Assembly: GCA_035473115.1 (NCBI GenBank)
Contig: DATION010000002.1
Span: forward strand, 9,469 to 73,468
Direction: 5' to 3'
Source of the DNA: Candidatus Udaeobacter sp.
Lineage (GTDB): Bacteria > Patescibacteriota > Patescibacteriia > Magasanikbacterales > GWA2-37-8
DNA length: 64,000 bases
Part shown: positions 36,513 through 46,462 of the stretch, piece by piece
Layout: every line of letters starts with the position of its first letter
Numbering within the stretch: position 1 is the first letter of the stretch
Notes under the pieces: model-generated
Databases searched by the model: none
What the model was told of the DNA's origin: nothing
What the model saw: the letters and a program-made list of their open reading frames with translations, nothing else
Program-made: the position numbers and the translations under genes

Positions 36513-38333
36513 TTATCGCTTTAATACTGCCAAATAAGTTTCCGAAGGAATATCTATTTTTCCGTGTGATAACATGCGTTTCTTACCTTTTTTCTGCTTT
36601 TCCAGTAGTTTTCGTTTACGAGTATAGTCACCGCCGCTCATAGTTTCAATGACGTCTTTGCGTAGAGCAGACAACCTGTCTGAAGCAATTATTTTTCCGC
36701 CTACGGCCGCTTGAATCTTTAAGACAAATTGCTGTCTGGGCAAGGATTCTTTTAATGATTCAACTATTTTTTTGCCGGTTTTGTAAGCATGATCTTCCCA
36801 AACTAGAGTTGATAAAGCCTCCACTTTTTCTTCGGCCACTATAATATCCAAACGCACAACTTGGGTTGGCTGGTAGTCCATAAATTCATAGTTCATGGAT
36901 GCGTAGCCGGAAGTAACGGTTTTTAGTTTATCATAGAAATCGGTAACAAGCGAGGCAAGCGGAATTTCGTAGTGCAGCATGGCTCTCTGGTCTGTATCAG
37001 TGCTTAAATATTCAGTATTTATATATTTTCCTTTGCGTTCGGAAACGAGTCCCATCACATTGCCGACAAAACTTTTGGGAGCAATGACGTCCATTTTCAT
37101 CCATGGCTCAAGAATCTGTTCCAAATGATTTGGATCAGGCATTTCTTGCGGGCTATGAATGGTTTTTTCTTGATGAGCGGTGTTTATAACTCTATAGGCC
37201 ACGCTTGGTACGGTAATAATAATTTCCAGATTATATTCTCGCTGTAATCTTTCTTGAAAAATATCCAGATGCAATAATCCCAAAAATCCGCAGCGAAAAC
37301 CAAAACCAAGAGCCAAAGAATGTTCTGGCTCATAAAACAGAGAAGCATCATTTAGTTTTAGTTTATCAATAGCGTCACGCAGAACTTGATAATCGTCGCC
37401 TTCTTTAGGGAATATGCCGGCATAAACCATTGGTTTTACTTCTTTATAACCAGGCAGGGGAAGAGTGTGAATATCTTTTTCTTCCTCATCTTTGGTAAAA
37501 GTAGTAATAGTATCACCAACTCGACAATCCTTAAGATCTTTTAAACCGGTAATACAGTAACCAATCTCGCCATTATACAATTTTTCGGTTGGTTGAAATT
37601 TTGGTTTGTAGTAACCAACTTCCAGAATTTCGGCCGGGGTTCTTGTTCCCAAAAGAAATATTTTATCGCCTTTTTTTAGTTCGCCATCCACAACTCTTAC
37701 CGAAGCAATTACGCCTTTGTAGTCATTATAAACAGAATCAAAAATCAGGGCGCGAGTCGGTTGGTTAGTGGTATCTGGCGGAGGAGACAGGCGTTCAATT
37801 AGAGCTTTGACAATTTCTTCCACGCCCTGGCCAGTTTTGCCGGAAGCCAGAATTATTTCTTCCGGTTTGCAGCCGAGCAGATGCAAGATTTCTGCCTTTG
37901 TTTTTTCCACATTGGCATTTGGCATGTCTATTTTGTTTATAACCGGAATAATCGTTAGGTTTTGTTCAATGGCTAAATATAAATTGCCAATAGTTTGCGC
38001 TTGTACGCCTTGGCTGGCATCTACCAGCAAAATGGCGCCTTCGACAGCTGCCAAAGAGCGGGAAACTTCATAATTAAAATCTACATGACCGGGAGTATCA
38101 ATTAAATTCAAAATATATTCTTTATAATTCATGCGTACCGGCGTCAGCTTGATGGTAATACCTCGCTCCCGTTCCAAATCCATAGAATCCAAAAGCTGGG
38201 CTTTCATATCTCGGCGAGCCACTGTGCCCGTAAATTCTAAAAGACGATCGGCCATGGTTGATTTACCATGGTCGATATGAGCGATAATACAGAAATTACG
38301 GATGTTTTTATTCATTGTTACTAATAGATTCAA
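36513..38333 (-). CDS. lepA: Elongation factor 4 (LepA)
   Basis: G domain (AHIDHGKST) plus the LepA-specific C-terminal domain. Confidence 0.95.
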   Translation of the reverse strand: MNLLVTMNKNIRNFCIIAHIDHGKSTMADRLLEFTGTVARRDMKAQLLDSMDLERERGITIKLTPVRMNYKEYILNLIDTPGHVDFNYEVSRSLAAVEGAILLVDASQGVQAQTIGNLYLAIEQNLTIIPVINKIDMPNANVEKTKAEILHLLGCKPEEIILASGKTGQGVEEIVKALIERLSPPPDTTNQPTRALIFDSVYNDYKGVIASVRVVDGELKKGDKIFLLGTRTPAEILEVGYYKPKFQPTEKLYNGEIGYCITGLKDLKDCRVGDTITTFTKDEEEKDIHTLPLPGYKEVKPMVYAGIFPKEGDDYQVLRDAIDKLKLNDASLFYEPEHSLALGFGFRCGFLGLLHLDIFQERLQREYNLEIIITVPSVAYRVINTAHQEKTIHSPQEMPDPNHLEQILEPWMKMDVIAPKSFVGNVMGLVSERKGKYINTEYLSTDTDQRAMLHYEIPLASLVTDFYDKLKTVTSGYASMNYEFMDYQPTQVVRLDIIVAEEKVEALSTLVWEDHAYKTGKKIVESLKESLPRQQFVLKIQAAVGGKIIASDRLSALRKDVIETMSGGDYTRKRKLLEKQKKGKKRMLSHGKIDIPSETYLAVLKR

Positions 38334-39924
38334 TAGTTGGCAGGTTTTTGGTTTTTAGCCAGCGCCGAGCCAAGCTGTCTTTTAACTGCATCATTTCCGG
38401 CACCCTCAAAAAGTAACATATTAGCAGATAAATTACCAGACCAGCCATACCGGCTACCAACCCTTGTCCAAAAATGCCGGCATAATGAGTTTGGTCAAAT
38501 ATTTTAGCCAAAGGATATTTGAAAAATTGGATAACTAAAGCCATCGGTATAGCTGCGGCAATAATGCGAAAAAAAGACGAAAGTATTTTTTGGCCATCGA
38601 TTTTTTTAAGAGTCTGTCTAAGCACTACAGACAAAATTATAAAATTTAAAATAGATCCAACTGAAAAGGCTAGTGCTAATCCGGCTACACCCAACGGCTT
38701 CATTAAAAATAAAGCGGCAATAATGCTGCCAACCTCAGAAATAACGCCGATAATAAATGGAGTTTTGGTATCTGCTAAAGCATAAAAAGCGCGGGCAATT
38801 ACCGGAATTAAAGCTTGGGCAAATAGGCTTAAAGCAAATAGAGCTAAAGCATCAGCGGTATTTATTGTTGCTGTCCAAGTGAATTCTCCTCGACCTAATA
38901 TTACGCGTACAATTTGCGCCCGCAGCAGCATTAAAATTGCCGATAGAGGAATAATTAAAAATAAAATTTGTCTGATAGTTGAAGATAAATTTTTTATAAA
39001 TTCTTCGGTATCATTTTTGGCTGCAGCCATAGATAGTATTGGAAAAACTGCTAGCGCAAAGGGGATGCCGATTATACCAACCGGTACGGCCTGTAAGTTA
39101 TTAGCAAAATTTAAAACAGCTACGCTGCCAACAGGCAATAACGAAGCAAAAATTGTGAAAATTATTAAATTTAATTGGCTGATAGCTAAACCAAGAGTCC
39201 GTGGAATCATTAGTTTGCCAATCAATCTGGTTTCTTTGTCTTTAAAGTTTAACTGCCAGCGCCAGCGGTAGCCATTGGCATAAGCGCTGTATGTTTGCAA
39301 GCTAAAATGCAAAAATGCTCCCAGAACTACACCCCAAGCCAAGCCGTTTACGCCCCAAAGCGGAACTAAGACAACGGCTCCGATAATAATCCCAACATTA
39401 TAAAATATTGGCGCCAGGGAATAGAGAAAAAAAGCGCGCAAAGATTGCAATATGCCGCCAATTACCATTGATATACCCAGTAAAATAGTTGAACCAAACA
39501 TTATTCTAGTAAAATTAATTACCATCTGTTTAGAAGCTAGGCTAAATCCGGGGGCGATAATCGGAGCCAGAACTGGAGTAAAAATTATTCCTAAAACACT
39601 TAAAAAAGCTAACAAAATAGCAATTATATTTAAAACATTATTGGCTAGTTTCCAGGCAGGGGATTTGTCTTCGCCGGAGTTGAATAATTTTGTAAAAGTT
39701 GGAATAAAGGCTGTGCTTAGAGCGCCGACAATGAGCAAGTTATAAATCAAGTCAGGAATTTTAAAGGCGGCGTAATAGGCATCGGTAATTGGACCGGCGC
39801 CAAAGTAGTTGGCAAAAATCTGATCGCGTAGTAATCCGACTAAACGGCTAACTAATGTGGCTGCCGAAATTATAATGGCAGCTCCGGTTATGGATTTAGA
39901 TTGGCCGTTAAGAATTTTTAACAT
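38308..39924 (-). CDS. murJ: Lipid II flippase MurJ (MviN)
   Basis: 14-TM MOP superfamily protein of MurJ size. Confidence 0.85.
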   Translation of the reverse strand: MLKILNGQSKSITGAAIIISAATLVSRLVGLLRDQIFANYFGAGPITDAYYAAFKIPDLIYNLLIVGALSTAFIPTFTKLFNSGEDKSPAWKLANNVLNIIAILLAFLSVLGIIFTPVLAPIIAPGFSLASKQMVINFTRIMFGSTILLGISMVIGGILQSLRAFFLYSLAPIFYNVGIIIGAVVLVPLWGVNGLAWGVVLGAFLHFSLQTYSAYANGYRWRWQLNFKDKETRLIGKLMIPRTLGLAISQLNLIIFTIFASLLPVGSVAVLNFANNLQAVPVGIIGIPFALAVFPILSMAAAKNDTEEFIKNLSSTIRQILFLIIPLSAILMLLRAQIVRVILGRGEFTWTATINTADALALFALSLFAQALIPVIARAFYALADTKTPFIIGVISEVGSIIAALFLMKPLGVAGLALAFSVGSILNFIILSVVLRQTLKKIDGQKILSSFFRIIAAAIPMALVIQFFKYPLAKIFDQTHYAGIFGQGLVAGMAGLVIYLLICYFLRVPEMMQLKDSLARRWLKTKNLPTIESISNNE

Positions 39925-39926
39925 AG

Positions 39927-40610
39927 TTACTCGGTTGTTGAAGTTGCGTTTAAATTTATCGTTAAAACCAAATAGTCTGTTCCGGATTTTACTTCTTCAT
40001 TGCCTTCGGCATAAATAGAACCGGTCATTGAATCTTGGCTGAAAGAAAATTGTTTGACTCCATTGCCTTCGCTTTCCACATCAATTTTGTAATTATTTTT
40101 GCTTAATTCAGTTTTGTAATAATTTATTATAAATGACGGCGAGGCGCTGAGATTTTTCCATTCTATCTGCACAGTATCTCGGTGGTCGCTGACTGGTTCA
40201 CTGATTATTTTCCATAGATTTTTTACGGAAGTAAGCCGGTCGGTATCATTGGCGCTTTGCGCGTTTTTATTCATGGTCAGAAGAAGAGGCGAGAGGATTA
40301 TTTTTGGAAAAAAAGCGGCGATTTCTATGCCTCGGTTTTTGTATTTTCCGGATACAAAAGTTATTTTATCAATATTGTCATTATCGTATATAGGGATTGC
40401 GGACGGAAAATTATCAGGCAGCTGTTTTAATGTTTGCGGACCATTGCCTAAGGCTACTCGCAAGAAAATTATTATGCCAATTATAACTACGATTAAACAG
40501 CCGCACCCAGCAAAACAGGTGCGTTTAATATTGGAAAAAGTGGAATATTTTCGGGTCATTTCACCCAGTGGCGGCTCAACTATCTCAACATCATTTATAT
40601 TGCGTCGCAT
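39927..40610 (-). CDS. Hypothetical membrane-anchored protein
   Basis: Single TM with an extracytoplasmic domain of unknown family. Confidence 0.45.
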   Translation of the reverse strand: MRRNINDVEIVEPPLGEMTRKYSTFSNIKRTCFAGCGCLIVVIIGIIIFLRVALGNGPQTLKQLPDNFPSAIPIYDNDNIDKITFVSGKYKNRGIEIAAFFPKIILSPLLLTMNKNAQSANDTDRLTSVKNLWKIISEPVSDHRDTVQIEWKNLSASPSFIINYYKTELSKNNYKIDVESEGNGVKQFSFSQDSMTGSIYAEGNEEVKSGTDYLVLTINLNATSTTE

Positions 40611-40659
40611 AGTGGGATTATTGTATCAGGAAAAGTTAAATTTGGGTAGGGATAAGTCG

Positions 40660-40688
40660 TTGACCTTTTTGAAAAATTATAGTATAGA
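40660..40688 (+). promoter_or_regulatory. Putative promoter
   Basis: TTGACC, 17-nt spacer, TATAGA. Confidence 0.4.
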
Positions 40689-40750
40689 TATAGTTATCTT
40701 ATTGCCTAGCCATGACGGTTGGGAATAACGATAAAATGGAGGAATACAAA

Positions 40751-41080
40751 ATGGGAAACGAGCAGATCAGTTCTAATTTTGCAGTAAAGGCTAGGCCTGC
40801 AGTGGAGCAAAGGATAGATCAAAAGAAATACACAAAAACTGAAGGCGGGTTAGCCAGGGCTGGCCATATATTAGTTTTTTTAGGCGTTCTTGCCCTAGTG
40901 GGTGGTTTCCTCTATGGAAGCTTTATCTTTGATCCGTTTGTTTCTCGATTTTCCCGAGAAAAACTTGAATGGATAGGTCACGTAGTTATACCTGCCATTA
41001 CAATTGGTCTAATATGTGTAGGTGGAGTGCTGATATGGCTAGCTGGCTGTAAGCGCAATAGGCGTCTTAATAGCCTATGA
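40751..41080 (+). CDS. Small membrane protein
   Basis: RBS GGAGG upstream of MGNEQ and two TM helices. Confidence 0.5.
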   Translation: MGNEQISSNFAVKARPAVEQRIDQKKYTKTEGGLARAGHILVFLGVLALVGGFLYGSFIFDPFVSRFSREKLEWIGHVVIPAITIGLICVGGVLIWLAGCKRNRRLNSL

Positions 41081-41330
41081 TGGCTAGTTTGTTTATTAGA
41101 TTTTTCAATCTGTTGCGTATACTGGTAGCTAAACGCAACAGCCAAACCAACAGGCAGCTACCTGTTATAAAGCAGCTTTTTCCAAAGGCTGTTTTATTTT
41201 TCTATAATTATTGTTATACTTATTTGCAAGTAGAATGAGAGAAAAGGACGTTTTTATGTTCTTTTTCGAGCGAGCGAAGCAAATATACAACAAAGCCTAT
41301 ATTCAATATTAAACCGGTGTTAAAAATTTT

Positions 41331-42686
41331 ATGCAGATTATTTTTTATGGAGCAGCGGGAGAGGTGACTGGTTCATGCAATATGTTTATTACCGGCGGTA
41401 AGAAATTTTTGGTTGACTGCGGTATGTTTCAAGGCAATCAGTTTAATGAAGATAAAAACCGAGATCCATTGCTTTTTAACCCGGCCGAACTTTCCGGAGT
41501 AATTGTTACTCATGCTCATTTAGACCACATTGGTCGGTTGCCATTACTGGTAAAAAACGGTTATGAAGGGCATTTTTATGCTACGCCGCCTACGGTAGAA
41601 CTGGCTGAATTAATTTTGGACGATGCTTTGCATATCATGCTTTATAATCAGCGTCATTTTGGCCGCGAACCTTTATATGATAGTACAGATATCGCCAAAG
41701 TGATGGAGCGGTTTAAGCCGGTAGATTATTACGAAAAATTTAAGCTGTCTTCGGACGTTAATTTTACTTTCCACGATGCTGGCCATATTTTTGGTTCAGC
41801 TTTTGTGGAAGTACAAGCCGAAGGAAAGAAAGTAGTTTTTTCCGGAGATATTGGAAATATAAATGTACCAATTCTGCGCGATACGGATACTTTGCCCGGC
41901 GAAGTAGATCTTTTGGTATGTGAATCAACTTATGGCGATCGTTTGCATGAAACAACTTTTCGCCGGCAGGAAATTTTGGAAAATTTAATTGCCAGTGCCA
42001 TTAGTCGTGGCGGTACTTTAATGATCCCATCCTTTTCTTTAGAGAGAACACAGGAATTAATTTACGATTTAAACGATTTGGTGGATCGCAAACATTTGTT
42101 GCCGCGCGTGCCAATTTTTTTAGACAGTCCTTTGGCCATCAGAGCCATAAGAGTTTATTTAAAATATCCTCAGTATTACGATAATGAAGCCGAGCGTTTA
42201 TTTAAAAGCGGTGATAAATTATTTGATTTTCCCGGATTAGTTTTGACCGAAACAAAAGAAGAATCAAAAAGAATAAATCAGATACCAACAGCCAAAATAA
42301 TTATTGCCGGCGCCGGCATGATGAATGGCGGACGCATTATCCATCATGCTTTGCGTTATTTATCAGATGAAAGAAATACTTTATTGATAGTCGGTTATCA
42401 AGCCGAAAATACTTTGGGCAGAAAAATTTTAAACGGCCAGTCACCGGTTGAAATAATGGGAGAAAAAATTCCCGTGCGCTGTCATGTCAAAGCCATTGGT
42501 GCGCTTTCGGCTCATGGTGATCAAAATAAATTATTAGATTGGGTTGGCGGTGGAACTTCTATTCCTAAAAAAGTTTTATTAACTCATGGTGAATTACCGG
42601 CTGCCGAAGCTTTGGCCAAAAGATTGGCAGGGGATTTGGGGGTAGAAGCATTACCAACTAGTTTTGGAATGAAAGTTGAAATATAA
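41331..42686 (+). CDS. MBL-fold beta-CASP family hydrolase (RNase J/CPSF-like nuclease)
   Basis: HxHxDH motif (THAHLDHIG) and beta-CASP motifs. Confidence 0.75.
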   Translation: MQIIFYGAAGEVTGSCNMFITGGKKFLVDCGMFQGNQFNEDKNRDPLLFNPAELSGVIVTHAHLDHIGRLPLLVKNGYEGHFYATPPTVELAELILDDALHIMLYNQRHFGREPLYDSTDIAKVMERFKPVDYYEKFKLSSDVNFTFHDAGHIFGSAFVEVQAEGKKVVFSGDIGNINVPILRDTDTLPGEVDLLVCESTYGDRLHETTFRRQEILENLIASAISRGGTLMIPSFSLERTQELIYDLNDLVDRKHLLPRVPIFLDSPLAIRAIRVYLKYPQYYDNEAERLFKSGDKLFDFPGLVLTETKEESKRINQIPTAKIIIAGAGMMNGGRIIHHALRYLSDERNTLLIVGYQAENTLGRKILNGQSPVEIMGEKIPVRCHVKAIGALSAHGDQNKLLDWVGGGTSIPKKVLLTHGELPAAEALAKRLAGDLGVEALPTSFGMKVEI

Positions 42687-42744
42687 ATTAAAAAAACAAC
42701 AGACCTCCTTTGGGGGAGGCCATACTTCTTCCGAGCTTTCTAGA

Positions 42745-43464
42745 TTAAAGGCACACATGGTGCACAGTGCAGAAAGCTTTGATATCGGGCGGACCGATGT
42801 ATAATCCGTTTTCGTCCGTGGTGTACCACATCTTTTTGTCGTTCATGATACTCATTCCGTCTTCATATATATGAGGTAGTCCTGTGACGTGTCCCATCTC
42901 ATGAATTACGGTTTGTAGCAGGAGGTGATACATCTTGTTCTGAGCATCATCTGGCATCATCTTTACCGGATGATTTTTGATATAAGATGGAAATATGTCA
43001 ACATGCATTAGCACGTCCCCACCCGGTATGGCGAATCCTGTATTGTTACCATCTCCGGTACTATTGTCTCTTTCGAATTCTATCATCTCACGAGTTGTTT
43101 GCGGTATCTTGTAGACTACCACTCGTCCGTCAGTGAAGGAATTAGTTTTGGACGGGTCAAAGTCTTCGATGTTGATGAAGCCTTCGAAGATAAATACTTT
43201 CTTCCCGTTCCTAATATACGGAGCCATAGCAGTGTTCCACTGCTCGACAGCTCTCTGAATAAGCTCACGAGGGTTTTCTACCCGCATACCGTTGCTATCG
43301 TAAGCTGGATCTCCATTCCAGCTATCCTGAGCATACACATGGATCGGTAAAGATGGTGGCGGGTCTGCTGCGTCAAACATCTCTGTGAGACATCCAGTGG
43401 TGCCAGTAATAGCACCAAAGAATATCACCAGACGAATTACCAACGTCGACATAGCCCTAGCCAT
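42745..43464 (-). CDS. Metzincin-type zinc metalloprotease lipoprotein (GC-rich island)
   Basis: Signal peptide with lipobox TTGC; HEMGHVTGLPH (HExxHxxGxxH) followed by the Met-turn SIM. Confidence 0.65.
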   Translation of the reverse strand: MARAMSTLVIRLVIFFGAITGTTGCLTEMFDAADPPPSLPIHVYAQDSWNGDPAYDSNGMRVENPRELIQRAVEQWNTAMAPYIRNGKKVFIFEGFINIEDFDPSKTNSFTDGRVVVYKIPQTTREMIEFERDNSTGDGNNTGFAIPGGDVLMHVDIFPSYIKNHPVKMMPDDAQNKMYHLLLQTVIHEMGHVTGLPHIYEDGMSIMNDKKMWYTTDENGLYIGPPDIKAFCTVHHVCL

Positions 43465-43982
43465 AGCTGACCTTGTTTTTCTGCTCCCTCAATAAGGGGG
43501 CGGTAAAGGTATCCGAGTTGTTTGATCATTTCTGGGTTAGGAAGGAAAACCTTCCAGCTCGCCATCCCAGTCCATTTGCCAACTGCGACTTCTGCCCCTA
43601 TTCCCAGAGCAAGATCCCAGGAACGAGGCGTGTCTTGGTTGCTCAGATACTTAGAACCGAAATATCTGAAGTACCCGAGACTAACTGGCACTCGCCACCG
43701 TGCACCATGAGCAATGTCAATTGTTAGCTCTCCCAGCCAGCCGTGGTGGTTTAGAGAGGTACTCAATCCGAAGGGCGTATGTTCATTGCGGATCTTAGCA
43801 ACCAGATTCGTGGTTATTGTACGCCACTCTGGCTGTAGGATTGATGTGCCAACACTTGCACCAGCCTGAATCTCAAACCTTCCGGGAAGGTTGAAATCGA
43901 ACCCATCAGCCTTTGCGGTTTGGTTGAAGGTTGAGAGGCCAAGAAATAGCACCCCGACCACTAGAGTAAGTAGTACTTTCAT
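43437..43982 (-). CDS. Secreted beta-rich protein, possibly a small beta-barrel (OmpX/OmpW-like) (GC-rich island)
   Basis: Signal peptide; alternating hydrophobic pattern with an aromatic C-terminus; RBS GGAGG; 28-nt overlap with the downstream metzincin gene. Confidence 0.45.
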   Translation of the reverse strand: MKVLLTLVVGVLFLGLSTFNQTAKADGFDFNLPGRFEIQAGASVGTSILQPEWRTITTNLVAKIRNEHTPFGLSTSLNHHGWLGELTIDIAHGARWRVPVSLGYFRYFGSKYLSNQDTPRSWDLALGIGAEVAVGKWTGMASWKVFLPNPEMIKQLGYLYRPLIEGAEKQGQLWLGLCRRW

Positions 43983-44110
43983 CTGAGCCTCCTATAACCG
44001 TGATTGGTGATAATTTACTTATACCACAAAATAAGCAAAATGTCAATCGTATTAAATACAGATTAGATAGATTATTTTTTACCTTTTATTTTTACAATTT
44101 TTATCCACAC

Positions 44111-44140
44111 CCTCCGCTTGTAAGCGGTTTTTTATTTTAT
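44111..44140 (+). terminator. Orphan intrinsic terminator-like hairpin
   Basis: CCGCTTGTAAGCGG followed by TTTTTTATTTT; there is no plus-strand gene upstream. Confidence 0.4.
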
Positions 44141-44179
44141 ATTAGCCAAAAAAATTAGTATAAAAAATGGATGAAAATG

Positions 44180-44208
44180 TTGACTTATGTTTTAAAGTGG
44201 TATAAAAT
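44180..44208 (+). promoter_or_regulatory. Putative mraZ promoter
   Basis: TTGACT, 17-nt spacer, TAAAAT. Confidence 0.4.
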
Positions 44209-44276
44209 GGATTGTAGTGGAATTAAGTGGGGAATATGCTTGTCTCTCTAACTTAAATAAATTTTCCCATTTTATT

Positions 44277-44708
44277 ATGTTCATTGGTGAATACAGCCAC
44301 AGCATAGATGAAAAAGGCAGAATGGCTATACCGGCCAAATTTCGTCAGGAATTAAATAAAGGTGCGGTGGTAACCAGAGGTTTAGATAACTGTCTTTTTA
44401 TTTACACCAAAAGCGAATGGGCAAAGGTGGCAGAAAAATATGCTAATTTGCCAATTGCTCAAGCCAATAGCCGAGCTTTTTCCCGTTTAATGCTGGCTGG
44501 CGCTATGGATGTTGAGCTTGATAAGCAAGGCAGAATTATTTTGCCGGAGTATTTGCGCCAATTTGCCAATGTGAAAAAAAATGTAGTTATCGCTGGTCTA
44601 TATAGCCGGTTAGAAATTTGGGATGAAGAAGTTTGGAATAAATATAAAGGCCAAACTGAAGCCGAGAGCGGCGCGATTGCCGAAAAAATGTCAGAATTAG
44701 GAGTTTAA
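44277..44708 (+). CDS. mraZ: Transcriptional regulator MraZ
   Basis: Duplicated MraZ/SpoVT-AbrB-like domains (MFIGEYSHSIDEKGRMAIPAKFR and DKQGRIILPEYLR). Confidence 0.85.
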   Translation: MFIGEYSHSIDEKGRMAIPAKFRQELNKGAVVTRGLDNCLFIYTKSEWAKVAEKYANLPIAQANSRAFSRLMLAGAMDVELDKQGRIILPEYLRQFANVKKNVVIAGLYSRLEIWDEEVWNKYKGQTEAESGAIAEKMSELGV

Positions 44709-44711
44709 TAA

Positions 44712-44790
44712 AATTATATCTGCGGATATAAACTCATTCGCTCAGAAATAAATTAAAAATATTAATTTATTTCTTTCACTCATTTCGATT
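44712..44790 (+). promoter_or_regulatory. Conserved ~75-nt leader element, copy B (abuts the rsmH ATG)
   Basis: Hairpin TTATATC-TGCG-GATATAA, CTCATTCG box, and CACTCATTTCGATT directly before the ATG. Confidence 0.5.
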
Positions 44791-45693
44791 ATGAAACATA
44801 TACCTGTTTTACTTTCCGAAGCGATAGATTCTTTACAACTTAAGCCAAATCAAAATGTCGTTGATTGCACTTTGGGCGATGCCGGGCATAGTGAAATTAT
44901 TTTGCAAAAAATCGCGCCCAAAGGAAAATTGTTAGGCATAGATCTGGATGCGGAAGCAGTTTTGCGTTCAAAAAGATTTTTATATAATTTTGAATCCAGA
45001 ACTGTAATCGCACGAGATAATTTTGCCAATTTAAAAGCGATTGCTGAGAAAAATAATTTTAAACCGGTTAACGCCATTTTAATGGATTTGGGCTGGTCCA
45101 CGCCGCAATTTGAAGAACGAGGCAGGGGATTCAGTTTTTTAAAAGATGAACCCCTAGACATGCGTTATTCAACCATCGAACTACAAACCGCCGCAGACAT
45201 TATAAATAGTTATAGCGAAAGCGAGTTGGCAGGTATATTCAAAAATTTTGGTGAAGAAAGTTTAAGCAAAGAAATAGCCAAAGCCGTTGCAAGTTATAGG
45301 AAGAACAAAAAAATAGCCAAAACAGGAGAGTTAGCAGAAATAATTTTGCAAGTGTATAGAGAAAAACTGCGTACAAATAAAGAAATTCCCTGGATCGGCG
45401 GTTTACATCCGGCCACAAAAGTTTTTCAAGCACTGCGCATGGAAGTAAATCATGAGTTGGATAATTTAAAAAAAGTTTTGCCGCAAGCCGTAGAAATTTT
45501 GGCCGGCGGCGGCAGATTGGCGGTAATCTCGTTTCATTCTTTGGAAGATAGAATCGTAAAACAATATTTTAAATCAATTGCGGGTAAAACAATAAAATTA
45601 ATTAATAAAAAACCGTTAATAGCTAGTGAGGAAGAAATAAAAAATAACCCCCGCGCTCGGAGCGCTAAGCTGAGGGTAATAGAAAAAATTTAA
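44791..45693 (+). CDS. rsmH: 16S rRNA (cytosine1402-N4)-methyltransferase RsmH (MraW)
   Basis: MraW family signature; dcw cluster context. Confidence 0.9.
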   Translation: MKHIPVLLSEAIDSLQLKPNQNVVDCTLGDAGHSEIILQKIAPKGKLLGIDLDAEAVLRSKRFLYNFESRTVIARDNFANLKAIAEKNNFKPVNAILMDLGWSTPQFEERGRGFSFLKDEPLDMRYSTIELQTAADIINSYSESELAGIFKNFGEESLSKEIAKAVASYRKNKKIAKTGELAEIILQVYREKLRTNKEIPWIGGLHPATKVFQALRMEVNHELDNLKKVLPQAVEILAGGGRLAVISFHSLEDRIVKQYFKSIAGKTIKLINKKPLIASEEEIKNNPRARSAKLRVIEKI

Positions 45694-45697
45694 TCGT

Positions 45698-46057
45698 ATG
45701 TCAATCAAACGTCAAATTAAATTCAAATATTTAGGACTGATCGATTCTTTACAAACACTCAGTTTGCCTCGCTGGTTAAATTCCGGCACTACCAGATTTG
45801 GCCTGTTGGTAATTATCTTTTTCTTCGGCATTGCCTATGTTGTCAAAACAACCGCTTCCGCTACCAGCGGCTATCAGGTGCATGAATTAGAAAAACAGAC
45901 TGCGTCACTGGAAACCGAAGTGCAAAAAATACAAGTAGAGATTGCCGACAATAGTTCAATAAATAATATTTCTTCTCGAGTGGCAAAATTAAATATGGTT
46001 GAGGTAAGCGGTGTGAAGTATTTAGCGATTAAAAATATGGCAGTGGCCAAAAATTAA
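45698..46057 (+). CDS. ftsL: FtsL-like cell division protein
   Basis: Single TM plus a coiled coil, in the canonical position after rsmH. Confidence 0.45.
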   Translation: MSIKRQIKFKYLGLIDSLQTLSLPRWLNSGTTRFGLLVIIFFFGIAYVVKTTASATSGYQVHELEKQTASLETEVQKIQVEIADNSSINNISSRVAKLNMVEVSGVKYLAIKNMAVAKN

Positions 46058-46071
46058 GGCTGATTCGGGAA

Positions 46072-46096
46072 AGTCCCCTCAAAGGGGATTTTTTGT
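46072..46096 (+). terminator. Intrinsic terminator
   Basis: TCCCCT-caa-AGGGGA followed by TTTTTTGT. Confidence 0.55.
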
Positions 46097-46110
46097 GCTA
46101 TAATTAATAT

Positions 46111-46452
46111 ATGAATATTTTAGTTTTACAACGTTTGCTAATAGAGACCGTCTTAGATGTTATCTACTTTCCGATTTGGTGGTACACCAAAGGCGCGGCG
46201 CATGCCCTGCGCTGGTGTTTTAATTTATTAAAAACCGGCAATGAAAATTTGGCGCCCGGTCTCTGGTTAGCCAATCTGTTTGTGCCGATGTTTGGGCAAT
46301 TTGATATCCAAGGCCGAATCGTTAGTTTTTTTATGCGTCTGGTACAAATTTTGGCGCGCACTGTGGCTTTAGCTGTCTGGCTTACTTTATGCCTGGTTTT
46401 ATTTTTGGTTTGGTTGGCATTGCCGGTTTTAGTAGCTAAATCTATTATCTAA
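46111..46452 (+). CDS. Hypothetical membrane protein
   Basis: 113 aa with three TM segments. Confidence 0.45.
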   Translation: MNILVLQRLLIETVLDVIYFPIWWYTKGAAHALRWCFNLLKTGNENLAPGLWLANLFVPMFGQFDIQGRIVSFFMRLVQILARTVALAVWLTLCLVLFLVWLALPVLVAKSII

Positions 46453-46462
46453 GTTTGTTCAC

